Part shown: in pieces, positions 26,100-39,827 of the stretch
Numbering within the stretch: position 1 is the first letter of the stretch
How the letters are laid out: each line of letters begins with the position of its first letter
NCBI GenBank assembly: GCA_050084515.1
Contig: CM114271.1
Span: 15,624,001-15,688,000, forward strand
Direction of reading: 5' to 3'
Source: Blasia pusilla
Taxonomy: Eukaryota
Length of the DNA: 64,000 bases
Position numbers and translations under genes: made by a program
The notes under the pieces: model-generated
The model's database searches: none
Told to the model about the DNA's origin: nothing
What the model saw: the letters and a program-made list of their open reading frames with translations, nothing else

Positions 26100-29000
26100 G
26101 TGGAGTGAATTTATTTTTAGGTTTTGGTCACGACTCCATTTTATGTGAAACTTTGCAAGGGAGCTACATACACCTAGGGGATCATGTCTACCAAGTTTCA
26201 ACTCAAGATGACATACTTGAACAAGATGAAAAATGAAAAGACCCCATTTTCATTGGAGGTTTAAGGACGCGAGTCAAAAAATGGGATAATAAAATTTTTA
26301 GATTTTTGTCACAGCTCTATTTTTTATGAAATTTTGCAAGGGATCTACATGCACCCAGGGAATCATTTCTCCCAAGTTTCAAATCAAGATGACATAATTG
26401 AACAAGATAAAAAATGAAAATACCCCATTTTCATTGGAGCTTTAAGGACGCGAGTCAAAAAATGGGATAATAAAATTTCTAGATTTTTTTCACAACTCTA
26501 TTTTTTATGAAATTTGCAAGGGAGCTACATGCACCCAGGGAATCATGTCTCCCAAGTTTCAAATCAAGCTGACATACTTGGAGAAGATGAAAAATGAAAA
26601 GACCCCATTTTCATTGGATGTTTAAGGGCGCAAGTCAAAAAATGATATGATAAATTTTGAGGTTTTGGTCACAACCCCATTGGACTTGAAACTTTGCAAG
26701 GAATCAACATACATTCAAGGGATCATTTCAACAAAGTTTCAACTCAAGATGACATACTTGAACAAGATGAAAAATCAAAAGAACCCATTTTGAATTCGAG
26801 GTTTAACGACGCCGGTCAAAAAATGTGTTAATAAATTTTGAGGTTTTGGTCACAACTCCGTTGGAATTGAAACTTTTCAAGGGAGTTACATACACCATGG
26901 GGATCATCTCTACCAAGTTTCAAATGAAGAGGACATACTTGGAGACGATGAAAAAATGAAAAGACCCCATTCTCATTGGAGGTTTAAGGGCGCGAGTCAA
27001 AAAATGAGTTTATAACTTTTGAGGTTTTGGTCACAACTCCATTGGACTTGAAACTTTGCAAGGAATCTATATACACCCAGGGGATCATTTTAACAAAGTT
27101 TCAACTCAAGATAACATACTTGAACAAGATGAAAAATCAAAAGAACCCATTTTGAATTCGAGGTTTAACGGCGCCGGTCAAAAAATGTGTTAATAAATTT
27201 TGAGGTTTTGGTCACAACTCCATTGGAATTGAAAATTTTTAAGGGAGCTAAAAACACCATGGGGATCATTTCTACCAAGTTTCAAATGAAGAGGACATAC
27301 TTGGAGACGATGAAAAAATAAAAAGATCCCATTCTCATTGGAGGTTTAAGGGCGCGCATCAAAAAATGAGTAAATAACTTTTGAGGTTTTGGTCACAACT
27401 CCATTGGACTTGACAGAGACAATGGAAAAAAAGAAAAGACCCCATTCTCATTGGAGGTGTAACGGCGCGGATCAAAAAATGAGTTAATTAATTTTGAGGT
27501 TTTTTTCATAACTCTATTGGACTTGAAACTTTTCTAGGAATCTACATACACACTCAGGATCATACCCAGTCAAAAAATCAGTTGATGATGAGATACTTCG
27601 ACAAGAAGAAAAATTAAAAGACTCCATTTTAATTGGAGGTTTAGGAGCGCGGATCAAAAAATGAGTTAGTAACTTTTGAGGTTGTGGTAAGAACTCTATT
27701 GGACTTGAAACTTTTATAGGAATCTACATACACACTCAAGATCATGGCCACCAAGTTTCAATTGATGATGATATACTTCGACAAGGAGAAAAATTAAAAG
27801 ACTCCATTTTAATTGGAGGTTTAGGAGCGCGGATCAAAAATTGAGTTAATAACTTTTGAGGTTTTGGTCACAACTCCATTGGACTTGAAAAATTTTTAAG
27901 GAGCTAAATACAACCTGGGGATCATGTGTACCAAGTTTTAATTGAATATGAGATACTTGGACAATATGAAAAATCAAAAGACTCAATTTTAATTGGAGGT
28001 TTAAGAGCGCATGTCAAAAAATCAGTTAATGGTCACAACTCCATTGGACTTTAAACTTTGCAAGGGAGCTACATACACCCTAGGGATCCTGTCTACCAAG
28101 CAAGGTTGCACATGGAAAAATTTCGTGTCCTCGGACATGTCCATGTCTGCGGACTTATGTCCGTGCGTGCCTGGGTACCCTAGCCCGCATCAAGCCCGCA
28201 CTTGAGCCCTCCCGCAGCCCACACCCATTGCGTGGACCACATCTTGGCCTAGGGCGGGCCTTGAGCCCGCGCTTGCCCACTTGGAACCCTCACCTACCCA
28301 TGCCCTGCCCGCGTATGCCCGCGTCTGCCCGCTTGGTGCCTGCATATGCCCGTCTAGAGCCCGCGCCCAATGAGCCTTGAGCACGCACTTGCCCGCTCTG
28401 AGTAGGCGCCTGCCTGCTCTAAGCCCGCACCTGCCCGCCCTAGCCCATGCCTGCCCGCCTCAAGCCCGCACCTACCCGCTCGGAGCTCGCACCCGCCCGC
28501 GCCTGCCCGCCTGGGGCCCGCGCCCAATCAACTAGGAGCCCGCACCTGCCCGCCTTAGCCCGTGCCCAATCAACCTTGAGCCCGCACTTGCCCGCCCTAG
28601 CCCCGCGCCCAATCAATTGAGAGCCCACACTTGCCCGCCTCGAGCCCACACCTGCTTGCCCGGAGCCTGCACTTGCCTGCCTGGAGCCCGCCCTGCGGGC
28701 CATGCAACGGGTACGGGCTCCGTGAGCCGACATCTACGGGGCAGGCTCGGGGCGGGCCTGTGTGCGGTGCGGAAATGTCCGAAGACATGTCCGTTTCCAT
28801 GCAACATTGCTACCAAGTGGTAACTCAAGATGACATACTTGAACAAGATGAAAAATTAAAAGACCCCATTGTCACTGGAGGTTTAAGGGTGCGGATCAAA
28901 AAATGAGTTAATAATTTTTAAGGTTGTGCTCACAACTCCATTGGACTTGAAACTTTGCAAGAAATCTACATATACTTTGGGGATCATGTCTACAACTTAA

Positions 29001-30150
29001 GATGACATACTTGAACAAGATGAAAAACGAAAAGACCCCATTTTGAATCGGAGGTTTAAGGGCGCAGGTCAAAAAATGAGTTAATAACTTTTGACGTTTT
29101 GGTCACAACTCCATTGGACTTTAAAAATTTCAAGGAATCTACATACACCCTGAAGATCATTTCTACCAAGTTTCAATTCAAGATGAATTACTTGGGTAAG
29201 ATGAAAAATAAAAAGGACTCCATTATCATTGGAAGTTTAACGGCGCGGGTCAAAAAATGAGTTAATTAATTTTGATGTTTTGGTCACAACTCCATTGGAA
29301 TTTAAACTTTATTATGAATCTAAATACACAATAGGGATCATGTCCACCAAGTTTAAATTGATGATGAGATACTTTGACAAGAAGGAAAATCAAAAGACTC
29401 CATTTTAATTGGAAGTTTAAGAGAGCGGGTCAAAAAAATGAGTTAATAAATTTTGAGGTTTTGGTGACAACTCCATTGGACTTGAAACTTTGTAATGGAT
29501 CTAAAGTTACCCAGGGGATCATGTATACCAAGTTTCAATTCAAGATGACAAACTTGAACAAGATGAAAAATCAAAAGTCTCCATTCTCCTTGGAGGTTTA
29601 AGGGCATAGGTCAAAAAATGAGTTAATTGATTTTGAGGTTTTAATCACAACTCCATTCAACTTGAAACTTTTCTAGGAATCTACATACACCCTAGGAATC
29701 ATTTCTACCAAGTTTCAACTCAAGATGACATACTTGAACAAGATGAAAAATGAAAGGACTCCATTGTCATTGGAGGTTTAAGAGCGCCGGTCAAAAAATG
29801 AGTGAATAAATTTTGAGGTTTTGGTCACAACTCCGTTTTATGTGAATTTGCAAGGGAGCTACATGCACCTAGGGGATCTTGTCTACCAAGTTTCAATTGA
29901 AGATGACTTACTTTGACAAGATGAAAAATGAAAGGACTCCATTTTCATTGGAGTCCTTTCATTTTTCATCTTGTTCAAGTAGGTCAAAAAATGACATATT
30001 AATTTTTTAGGTTTTGGTCACAACTCCATTGGACTTGAAACTTTGCAAGGAAGCTAAATTCAACCTGGGGATCATGTATACATACTTGGACAAGATGAAA
30101 ATTAAAGGACTCCATTTTCATCGGAGGTTTAACGGCGTCAGTCAAAAGTT
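26100..30150 (+). repeat. tandem array of ~180-181-bp units (~18 copies), interrupted by a MITE
   Basis: AAGATGAAAAAT.AAAAGACCCCATTTT recurs at ~180-bp spacing (26223, 26404, 26584, 26764, ...). Confidence 0.93.
28101..28809. mobile_element. hAT MITE (709 bp) inserted in the tandem array
   Basis: CAAGGTTGCAC...ATGCAACATTG; exact TSD CTACCAAG; dense GCCCGC motifs. Confidence 0.92.
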
Positions 30151-30339
30151 CACGAGTAGCTTCTTAGCTAGGGCTAACACTCTTAATAGAATGATTTTTC
30201 TAAAATAATTTATGAAATCTCCTTATCAGTAGAAGAAAAAAAACGTCATAAAATATGTAAACTCTTTTTTTAAATAATAAACACAACAATTCAATTTATA
30301 TCATACAAACATTTCAATCGTTGTACCTTCCACCTTACC

Positions 30340-31496
30340 CAGGGACTTGTGAGATAGTAACATGGCCTTTTGAAGACAATATGGATGCCAATAACAGGCT
30401 TTATATGTGCCTGTCAGGTAGCAATCCTCAACGGCAATAGAGTTGAAGCATATCATACATTTGGGCCAATTGTTTGGCGTAAGGGCCCCTCCTTCAACTA
30501 ATGCGATTGCCTTCATCCAATCAGGCAGATCTTGATCTTGTCTGCTTGGATTGAGAGGTGTTAGGGCCAACATCAAAGAAGCATAGTTGGCAGCATTTGG
30601 ATCCATAACATTGTCCCATGTTGCGCATAGGGCAAGAGGTCACAACTGCTTGATAGGTTGAAATAAAATCATATCCATCCCCTTTACAAGATGACCCTTA
30701 AGTAGAGTTGTCTCAAGGGTGATTTCTCCCACGTTACCCCTTGCTCTGCATGGCAGCAATTCATCCATCTCTTGCTCACGTCTTGCCATGATGGATTCAT
30801 ATGCCTTCCTCCACTGTTTGGTGTGTCAGCCATGATAGCTCTTTGTCTTTGATGGAGTTCATCTCTGGAAATCGATTCATTCACAATCCTCTCCATCTCC
30901 CTCTTAAGTCTCCCATGCTCTTTTGACAACTTTTGATGCTTCCCCGTCAAAATGTTGAATTCCACTTGCAAATCAAAAGTACGTTGGGATTTTTTATCAA
31001 ACTCTCCAACTATGATAGACGAGACATAACCTCGTTATTGTTGGGAGCACTCTCCCGGAGTCTCCCCACAAGAGCCCGCATTGTAGTCATGGCCTACATT
31101 GTAGTCATTCCTACTATTTTTTCTATCCTCAAGATATTACACTGCTTCCACCCCCATCATAACTCGCCCTTCATCTTTGCCTCTAGGGTTTCTTAACGAT
31201 CCACCTTGTAGGTATTGGCTTGGTAACAATCCTGTTGATGAAGGTTCTACTCTTGGTTTTTTGTTTGAGGCAATGGGGTGCAATCCTCTTCAACTCTACG
31301 CCTCTTGTCACTTCTTCGAGACGTGTCCTCCACATCACCATAATGGACCTCCATGTCCTTCATTAACTCCGCCACTTTGAGCTTGACAAGTACCTTGCTC
31401 ACTAACTTCCTCTTCTTCGAAATGAGACTCTCGTAGTCCGGAAGGCCATTGAACAATGCCCAATCCTTTTGACACTCTTTCTCCTCCACTTTCCTT
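30340..31496 (-). pseudogene. coiled-coil/RING cargo gene, outer copy, 3' part (truncated within RING)
   Basis: VEEKECQKDW..MKDMEVHYGDV; EFNILTGKHQKLSKEH; NNWPKCMICFN..CYWHPYCLQKAMLLS; colinear with 33657-34890. Confidence 0.8.
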
Positions 31497-31838
31497 CAAG
31501 GTTGCACGCGGACAAAGTCCGTGTCCGCGGAGATATGTCCGTCCCAAGGACAGACGTGTCCATGCGGGCCCAAGTGCGGGCTCCATGAGCTTGCGTTGCC
31601 CGCGGCTTAGCACATCAGGGATGTGGAGATGATAAAGGAACCTTGTCTAAACACGCCCATATCTACCTATTCCCTTTGAGAGCCCAACCCTAAACTTCCA
31701 TCATTCACGAGCTGGTATATTTCAAGCCATTTTTTTAGCATCTCACGTCGTTCTCTTTTCGGTATTTTCTTATCTCAACCTGCATATTTCTTTCCCTTGT
31801 ATTTTTTAAGATATTATTATCTTCTTCATCCGAGGGAA

Positions 31839-33210
31839 ATGTCTAGTGGGGCAAAGTCATCGAGAGCGGGAGAGAACCAAAATGAATCCAACATTGGTGC
31901 CAAGAGGCAAGGAGCAACTCTGAGGAATGATTTCAACATGGCCGTAAGAGAGGCATGGTTAGACTGGTTTTTCCAGCTTTCTTTAGAAAGAGAAGATCCT
32001 GCATTTCAAGGGGTATGGATGGTTTACATGACTACATCTTGGAATTGCAGAGATTGTCCAATAGAGTGGCAAAGGTATTTGACTAAGAAGTGGATGCCGC
32101 GGAGGCTGATAGGTTGATTGAATTTTGTGCCCAACAAGGTGTTAACCTAGAGAGAGCGAATATCAATCTCAAGATATATAAGGATAAGAAGCAGAATGTT
32201 GCAAAGTTGGCTCTCATAGAAAGATTTTGTATAGAAGTGCTTAACGTCTTTTCAAGGGATGTAGTACTTCTCTAGGGTTGACATTGACCGTTCCATGTGC
32301 AATAACTTTGATTTCCGCTAAGAATGTAGTAACAGGACATGACCCGAACAATATTTTGGGAACCGATTTACATGGAATTGTGGACCATTGTAAAATAAAT
32401 GGAACCCGTGGCATTAGGGAAGAAATGTACTATTGCATGAAGGTGTATAAGGAATCATCTCTATCAGGATCTAGAAAATTGATGATACGAGAGGAGTTAT
32501 TTGCAAGTATTTTACATCGCGATGTTGTGCGCATGGTAGGAAGGTTGATCAAGGATCCACCACGTGCCATTTTTCCATATTGGAATGGTGGACATCTCAA
32601 AAATTGGTTGCGAGCATGCCATAACTTGAAGAACGGCGCGGGTAATCTAGAAGGGTTGGAAAATATGAGATGTCTCGCAATAGCATCAAATGTCCTCCAA
32701 CTTGTGGTTGTTGTTCTTGGTACCATGAAGACTGTCTATAAGCGTCGGGTTTTTCATACCAACCTCCATGCTAGAAAGATGTTCATCCATTTTGGATCCA
32801 ACTCTAGCCCTTACATCGGCGTTGGAGATTGGGGGAATGCCATGTGGAATGATGAAGTCTTAGAGTCTCCTCATAGATGATGGCAGTATGAACAAAAAAA
32901 TTATGTTGGGCATATAGCACCGGAGTTGATAGCAGGGCTTCTAAATCTCCCTTTTAGCAAGGCCACTGAAATCTATGCCCTAGGATGATTGTGAAGAATT
33001 TGAACTATGTGACATACAACCTCTCTGTCAGGAATGCCCAAGCGAACGTGAGATTTACTTATTTGGGAAGGATTTAAAAGTGGACATTAGCTCCAAATCC
33101 CTTTGATCGCAAAAGCTTAGAGTTACTTATTGCATATATCAAAGAAATGCAAAAGTATTAGGTGTAGACGATGTAGATTCAGGATTAAGGCCAATAACAG
33201 TGGTAGTATG
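31839..33210 (+). pseudogene. atypical protein kinase with ~150-aa N-terminal domain, inner copy
   Basis: ILGTDLHGIV (G-loop), YCMKVYK, PYWNGGHL, FHTNLHARKMFIH, VGDWG, HIAPEL, ATEIYALG; frameshifts/stops; no introns evident. Confidence 0.82.
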
Positions 33211-33405
33211 ATTGTAAACTCGTTTGAGGATTGGATATTTTTCATGAGAAATGAAAAACTTGGTTCAAAAAGATGAATGTGTTACTATGAAATTTTGTAA
33301 ATGATGAATCTTTATTGATGTGCGAATGTATCGTGTGCCCTTGTATCACTATTATTGGAATCATTTCTAAATCACCTTTCTTTTTGTATTTCGATAAAAG
33401 ACAAG

Positions 33406-35640
33406 ATGGAGTTGCCACCTCATGAAGACTGTAGCCCTCACGACAATCAAGACAACAGAAGAGGGGAAGAACCCCTTGATACACTGACACCAGAGATCCC
33501 TCCGAAGATGAACAAGAAGACGATCTCGCAATTTGTCATGGAAGATGAATTAAAGGCGCACTTGGATAACGCCATTGACCCACAAGTTTTGAAAGGAGAG
33601 TTCAAGAAGTCGTGGCTGAAGTGGCCGCAGCGTGCAATTGGAGAATTTGCAAGGAAAGTGGAAGAGAATGATTGGACAAAGGATTGGGATTTATTCGATG
33701 GCGTCCAAAAGTAAGAAGACCTCCCCAAGAGGAAGTTAGTGAGCAAGGTATTTGTTCAGCTCAAAGTCGCAGAGGTTGATGAAGGATATGGAGGTCCAGT
33801 ATGGCGATGTGGATGAGGGATCTTTGAGAAGAGATAAGAGACCAAGAGAAGAAGACAGTAGAACCCCACAACAATACTTTAAACGAGCAAGAGTGGAAGC
33901 TTCATCACCACGAGCGTCGTCACGCCATTATCAGCAAGGCGGATTGTCAAGGAGCCTTAGAGCCATACTATCTTCCTTGGATGGTGAAAGAAGAAATCTT
34001 CGTGCTGAAGAATATATACAAGATGAGATTGGAGATGAAGGGCGAGTATAGATGGGGGCACAGGATAGACAAGATGGTTTGAATGACCTCTATGTAGATC
34101 GTAGTACGAGCTTTGATGAGCCCGGGGAGAGTTCTGATCGCCCTATACATTGTGATGCTCATCCCCAAACCTTTTGTGGGGAGAGCGCTCCACATAATAG
34201 CAAGGTAATCTCTCGTCTATCACAGTTGGAGAGTTTAATAATAAATTCCCAACACAATTTTGATTTGGCCGCGGAATTCAACGTTTTGAAGGGAAAGTAT
34301 GAACAACTATCTCAAGAGCACATCAGATTGAAGAAAGAGGTGGAGAGGCTTTTGAATGAATCTATTGCCAAAGATGACCTCCAAAGAAGGCAAAGAGCTA
34401 TAATGGTTGACCACACAAAGCAGTGGAGGAGAATATATGAGAACATCATGGCAAGACGACAACAAGAGATGGATGAATTGTTGCGATAGAGAGGAAGAGG
34501 TAACGTGGAAGAACTCACCCCGGAGACAACCCTACTTGAGGGTCGTCTCGTGAAGGAGGTTGATATGATCTTATTTCAACCTCTCAAGCAGTTGTGGCCT
34601 CTTGCTCTATGCACAGCATGGGACAATGTCATAGATCCAAACGTTGCAAACTAAACCTCTATCATGTTGGCACCCACGCCTCTTAATCCGAACACACAAG
34701 TGCAAGATCTTCCGGATTGGATGAAGGCAATTGTAGTATGTGAAGTAGGGGCCCTCACGCCAAACAATTGGCCTAAATGCATGATATGTTTCAATCACAT
34801 TGTTGCAGAAGGTTGCTACGTGACAAGCACATGTAAAGCTTGTTATTGGCATCCATATTGTCTTCAAAAGGCCATGTTACTATCTTACAAGTGTCCAACT
34901 TGTAGACAAGCTTGGTGAGGAAGACTCTATCACCTTTTCGGCACATCTTTCCGCACTCTTGATAGCAATTCACCACCCACTTATCGCAAAGTAACCCAAG
35001 AGCAAGAAATTTCACTTTTAGTTTGGGACATCGTAGCCCCCAATCGAACTATAACCCCGAAGTGAACATAGACAGGGTGGTTCAAGCAGAAATCCCTCGC
35101 AAGCAGAGGATTGATCGAGCAATGCAAGCATGGTTGGTCTGCTTTGTTGATATGTACGATGGAGGAGAGCTCATCCACAGAATAGCCAATGAACTCCAAA
35201 ATCGAAAGGCGGAAAACTTCTTCTTTGCTCAAGGGTTGAGTTCACAAGAAGTTCGAGACGCCCTCAACACAACTCGAAAACTTGTGCTAAACCATCATCA
35301 AAATCCATTAATGGATGAGCTTGTTTTGAGGAGACTCGAATTGATCTTGCGACCTTTCTTATGGCAAGATATTCCTCAAAAAACTGAAGGCGGATATCCT
35401 CGAACATACTATTACCCTCGTCAAATGCAAGAGGAACTCTTTGGATTCTTCGAGAGAGAGTGGCAGATGTTTCCGACACAGCCAACACAAGAAATTGATG
35501 ATGGTGAAGCTGATATTGAGTTGGAAAGGACTATTCCCCGTTGAAGTGGGACGCACGTGAATAGAGCTAGGGGAAGAGAAGGAAGAAATGGTGAGACGTC
35601 GGCACCGGTGTTACATATATCGGATGATGAATCAGATTAG
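33406..35640 (+). pseudogene. coiled-coil/RING-finger cargo gene, inner copy (35023-35544 may be its C-terminus or a third gene)
   Basis: MELPPHED.. start; helical EFNVLKGKYEQLSQEHIRLKKEVERLL; RING-like CMIC..TCKACYWHPYC..KCPTC (34778-34903); fragmented ORFs colinear with the outer copy. Confidence 0.75.
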
Positions 35641-36459
35641 AGAGAATGAGTTGATATTTATATCTTTGTAGTGTACATAAGTATTAGGTTCCTCTCAATC
35701 CAGATATTTTTTGGGGTACTCCTCATTTGTTGTAAAATATTTCAAAAAACTTCAAAATATTTCACTCAAGAAACTTGTGAATATGAGCCGATCACAAATG
35801 CTGTCCATGAAGTGAGTTCATGAAATGGATGAAATTTTTCTCTTGAGTTATAAATCCTTGGATAAGGAGGAAGATACCATAATTGAATGATTTGTTTGAT
35901 ATAGATTTGATTTGTTTTATTACTAACTCCTAAAAAATTACTAACTCATCAAAATAAGCGATTTTCTCTTATTTACTGAAAGATGGGGATTGGAAAAGGG
36001 ATGAATTTTGTTTCTGAAAGTAATGAAGGAAAATATCTGTTTGAATTGAATTGTAAGGGAAAATAATGTATGAATTTTTTTTAGTGACCAATATTGCATG
36101 GGGTAGAATTTGAAAGGGACTTGGATGGAATAGAAAACCAAATTTACTTATTAATTCATTTTTTATTTAATACTATAATAGATGAATATAAATAATACTA
36201 AATTTGTATAGATTTGAAAATTTAGATAAACAAATTCAGAGGTGCCTTGATTCATATGTAATGGCAAGGGAAATTGAATTTTAATGGAGAATGAATGGAT
36301 TTGGTTTGAATTTTATGGAAGAATGAATTTACTTTAGGGAGTAGGGTATCACTTACATTTGATTGCAAGAATGAAACGTAAGAACCTTTCTAACATTCTA
36401 TAGAATAGTGCAGATATTCCCCAAGTAATATCTATCACTTTGGCAAAATCTCATCCCAA

Positions 36460-39400
36460 ATTAAGTTTAAAATGACCTTTTGGACCCGAAGCAGATAACC
36501 TTGAATGAAAAAAAAATGTCTTTAACCTGACATCTTGTCCAACGTTTCCATCTTGAGCTAAAATTTAACCCACGTGGTCTCCAAGGTGAATCTAGAGCTC
36601 TTGCCAAGTTTAAAGCAAAATGGAGTTGGGACCACAAGCTCAAAATTTGGCAAGTTCTTTTTGGACCCGAACCATCAGACCTTCTGTCAAAATAGGGTTT
36701 TTTCATTTTTCATCTTGTCCAAATTTTTCATCTTGAAATTTTTTCCCACATAGTGACCAAGGTGTATCTAGCAATCTTGCCAATTTACATGCAAAATAGA
36801 GTTGGGACCATGAGCTCAAAATTTGGCAAGTCCTTTTTGGACCCCAACCATCAGACCTTCTATCAAAATAGGGTTTTTCATTTCTCATCTTGTCCAAAGT
36901 TGTCATCTTGAGCTGAAATTTGGTCCACATGGTCCTCACGGTGCATATTACACTCTCGCCAAGTTTCAATCAAAATAGAGTTTTGAGTAAAAGCTAAAAA
37001 ATTACTAACTCCTTTTGGACCCGAACCATTAGACCTTCTACCAAAATAAGGTTTTTTCATTTTTCATCTTGTCCAATTTTGTTATCTTGAGTTAAAATTT
37101 GACCAACATGGTCCCCAAGATGCATCTAGAACTCTTGCCAAGTTTCAGGAAAAATGGAGTTGTGAGCAAAAGCTCAAAAATTACTAACTCATTTTTGGAC
37201 TCGAACCATCAGACCTTCTACCAAAATAAGGTTTTTTCATTTTTCATCTTGTCCAAAATTTTCATCTTGAGCTGAAATTTGGCTCACATGTCCCAAGATG
37301 ACCATAGCACTCTCGCCAAGTTTCAAGAAAAATGAAGGTGTGAGCAAAAGCTAAAAAAAAATCTAACTCCTTTTTGGACCCAAACCATCCGACCTTCCAT
37401 CAAAATAAGGTTTTTCATTTTTCATCTTGTCCAAAATTTTCATCTTGGGCTTAAATCTGGCCCACATAGTCCCAAAGCTGACCCTAGGACTCTTGCCAAG
37501 ATTCAAGCAAAATGAAGTTGTGAGCAAAAGCTAAAAAATTCTTACTCCTTTTTGGACCCGAACCATGAGACCTTCTATCAAAATGAGATTTTTTCATTTT
37601 TCATCTTATCCAACCATGTTATCTTGAGCTGAAATTTGGCCCACATGGTCCCCAGGGTGACCCTAGCTTTCTTGCCAAGTTTCACACTAAATAAAGTGGT
37701 GAGCAAGAGTTCAAAAATTACTAACTACTTTTTGGATCCGAACTATCAAACCTTCTACCAAAATAAGGTTTTTTTCATTTTTCATCTTGTCCAACCTTGT
37801 CATCTTGAGCTAAAATTTGGCGAACATGATCTTCAAGATGCATATAGCACTCTTGTCAAGTTTTATGAAAAATGGAGTTTTGAGAAAATGCTCACAAATT
37901 ATTAACTCCTTTCTGGATCCGAACAATCAAACCTTCTATGAAAAAATGGTTTTTTCATTTTTCATCTTGTCCAACTTTGTTATCTTGAGCTGAAATTGGG
38001 CCCACGTGGTCCTTAGGGTGCATGTTACACTCTTGCCAAGTTTCAGTCAAATGGAGTTGTGAGAAAAAACTAAAAAATTTATAACTCCTTTTTGGACCCG
38101 AACCATCAGACCTTCTATCAAAATAAGGTTTTTTCATTTTTCATCTTGTCCAACTTTTTCATCTTGAAATGAAATTTGGCCAGCATGGTCCCCAAGGTGC
38201 ATCTAGCACTCTTGCCAGGTTTTAGGCAAAATGAAGTGAGCAAAAGCTAAAAAAATTCTAACTCCTTTCTTGACCCAAACCATCAGACCTTCTATCCAAA
38301 TAAGATTTTTTCATTTTCCATCATGTCCAACTTTGTCATATTGAGCTGAAATCTGGCCCAAATGGTCCCTAAGGTGACCCTAGATTTCTTCCCTAGTTTT
38401 AGGCAAAATGAAGTGGTGAGGAACAGCTCAAAAATTTCTAACTACTTTTTGGATCCGAATTATCAAACCTTCTACCAAAATATGGTTTTTCCATTTTTCA
38501 TCTTGTCCCAATTTGTCATCTTGAGGTGCATTTTGGCCAACATGGTCCCCAAAAGTGCATCTTGCACTCTTGCGAAGTTTCAGGCAAAATGGATTTTTGA
38601 GCAAAAGCTCAAAACTTACTAATTCATTTTTGTATTTGAACCATAAGACCTTCTACCAAAATAAGGTTTTTTCATTTTCATCTTGTCCAACTTTGTCATG
38701 TTGAGCTGAAATTTGGCCCACATGGTCCCCAAGAGGACCCTTGCTTTCTTGCCAAGTTTCACACAAAATTAATTTATGAGCCAAAGCTAAAAAAATTCTA
38801 ACTCCTTTTTGGACCCGAATCATCAGACCTTCTATCAAAATAAGGTTTTTTCATTTTTCATCTTGTCCAACTTTGTCATCTTGCGGTCCATTTTGGCCAA
38901 CATGGTCCCCAAGGTGTATCTAGCACTCTTGCTAAGTTTTAGACAAAATGAAGTTGTGAGCAAAAGCTTAAAAATTACTAACTCCTTTTTAGACCCGAAT
39001 TACTAGACATTCTATCAAAATAAGGTTTTTTCCATTTTTCATCTTGTCCAACTTTTTCATCTTGAGCTGAAATTTTTCCAACATGGTCCCTATGGTGACT
39101 CTAGAATGCTTGCCAAGTTTTAGGAAAAATGGAGTTGTGAGCAAAAGCTAAAAAATTACTAACTCCTTTTTGGACCCGAATTATTAAACCTTCTATCAAA
39201 ATAAGGTTTTTCCATTTTTCATCTTGTCTAACTTTTTCATCTTGAGCTGCAATTTGGCCCAAATGGTCCCCAAGGTGACCCTAGCTTTCTTGCGAAGTCT
39301 CAAGAAAAATGAAGTTGTGAGCAAAAGTTCAAAAAATTCTAACTACTTTTTGGACCCAAACCATCATACCTTCTATCAAAATAAGATTTTTTCAATTTTC

Positions 39401-39660
39401 ACCTTTTCTAAATTTCCCATCTTGAGCTAAAAAATTTTCTACATGGTTTCTAAGGTGTCTGTTTCACTCTTGCCTAGTTTGAACCAAAATGGAGTTGTGA
39501 GGAAAACCTCAAAAATATGTAATTACCTTTTGGCCCTGAACCACTAAACCTTCAATGGAAAGAAAGTTTTTTCATTTTTCATTATGTCCAACTTTCCTAA
39601 CTTGTGTTTGTAGCACTCTTGAAAATTTTTGAGCAAAATGGAGTTGTGACCACGAGCTCA
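36460..39660 (-). repeat. tandem array of ~180-bp units (~18 copies), inverted homolog of 26100-30150
   Basis: TTTTTCATTTTTCATCTTGTCCAA recurs every ~180 bp; reverse complement of the array-1 core TTGAACAAGATGAAAAATGAAAA. Confidence 0.93.
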
Positions 39661-39827
39661 AAAATCACACTTACCAATTTCATCTTCAATGTAAAAATAA
39701 ATGCATTATTAGCGAGAAGTATATAAAAAGGAATGTCATAAAAATGACATTCTTACAATAGTCAACACAAAATAAGTTTGCTACAACTATCTATTAATCC
39801 ATCTCACTAAATTTTGTAATTACTCTT

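Noticed and set aside
26100-39660. Regular ~180-bp repeats as a CRISPR array or repeat-protein ORFs (e.g. MKKPYFDRRSDG...)
   Set aside because: Whole units are repeated with no unique spacers and no cas genes; the ORFs are short by-products of the satellite
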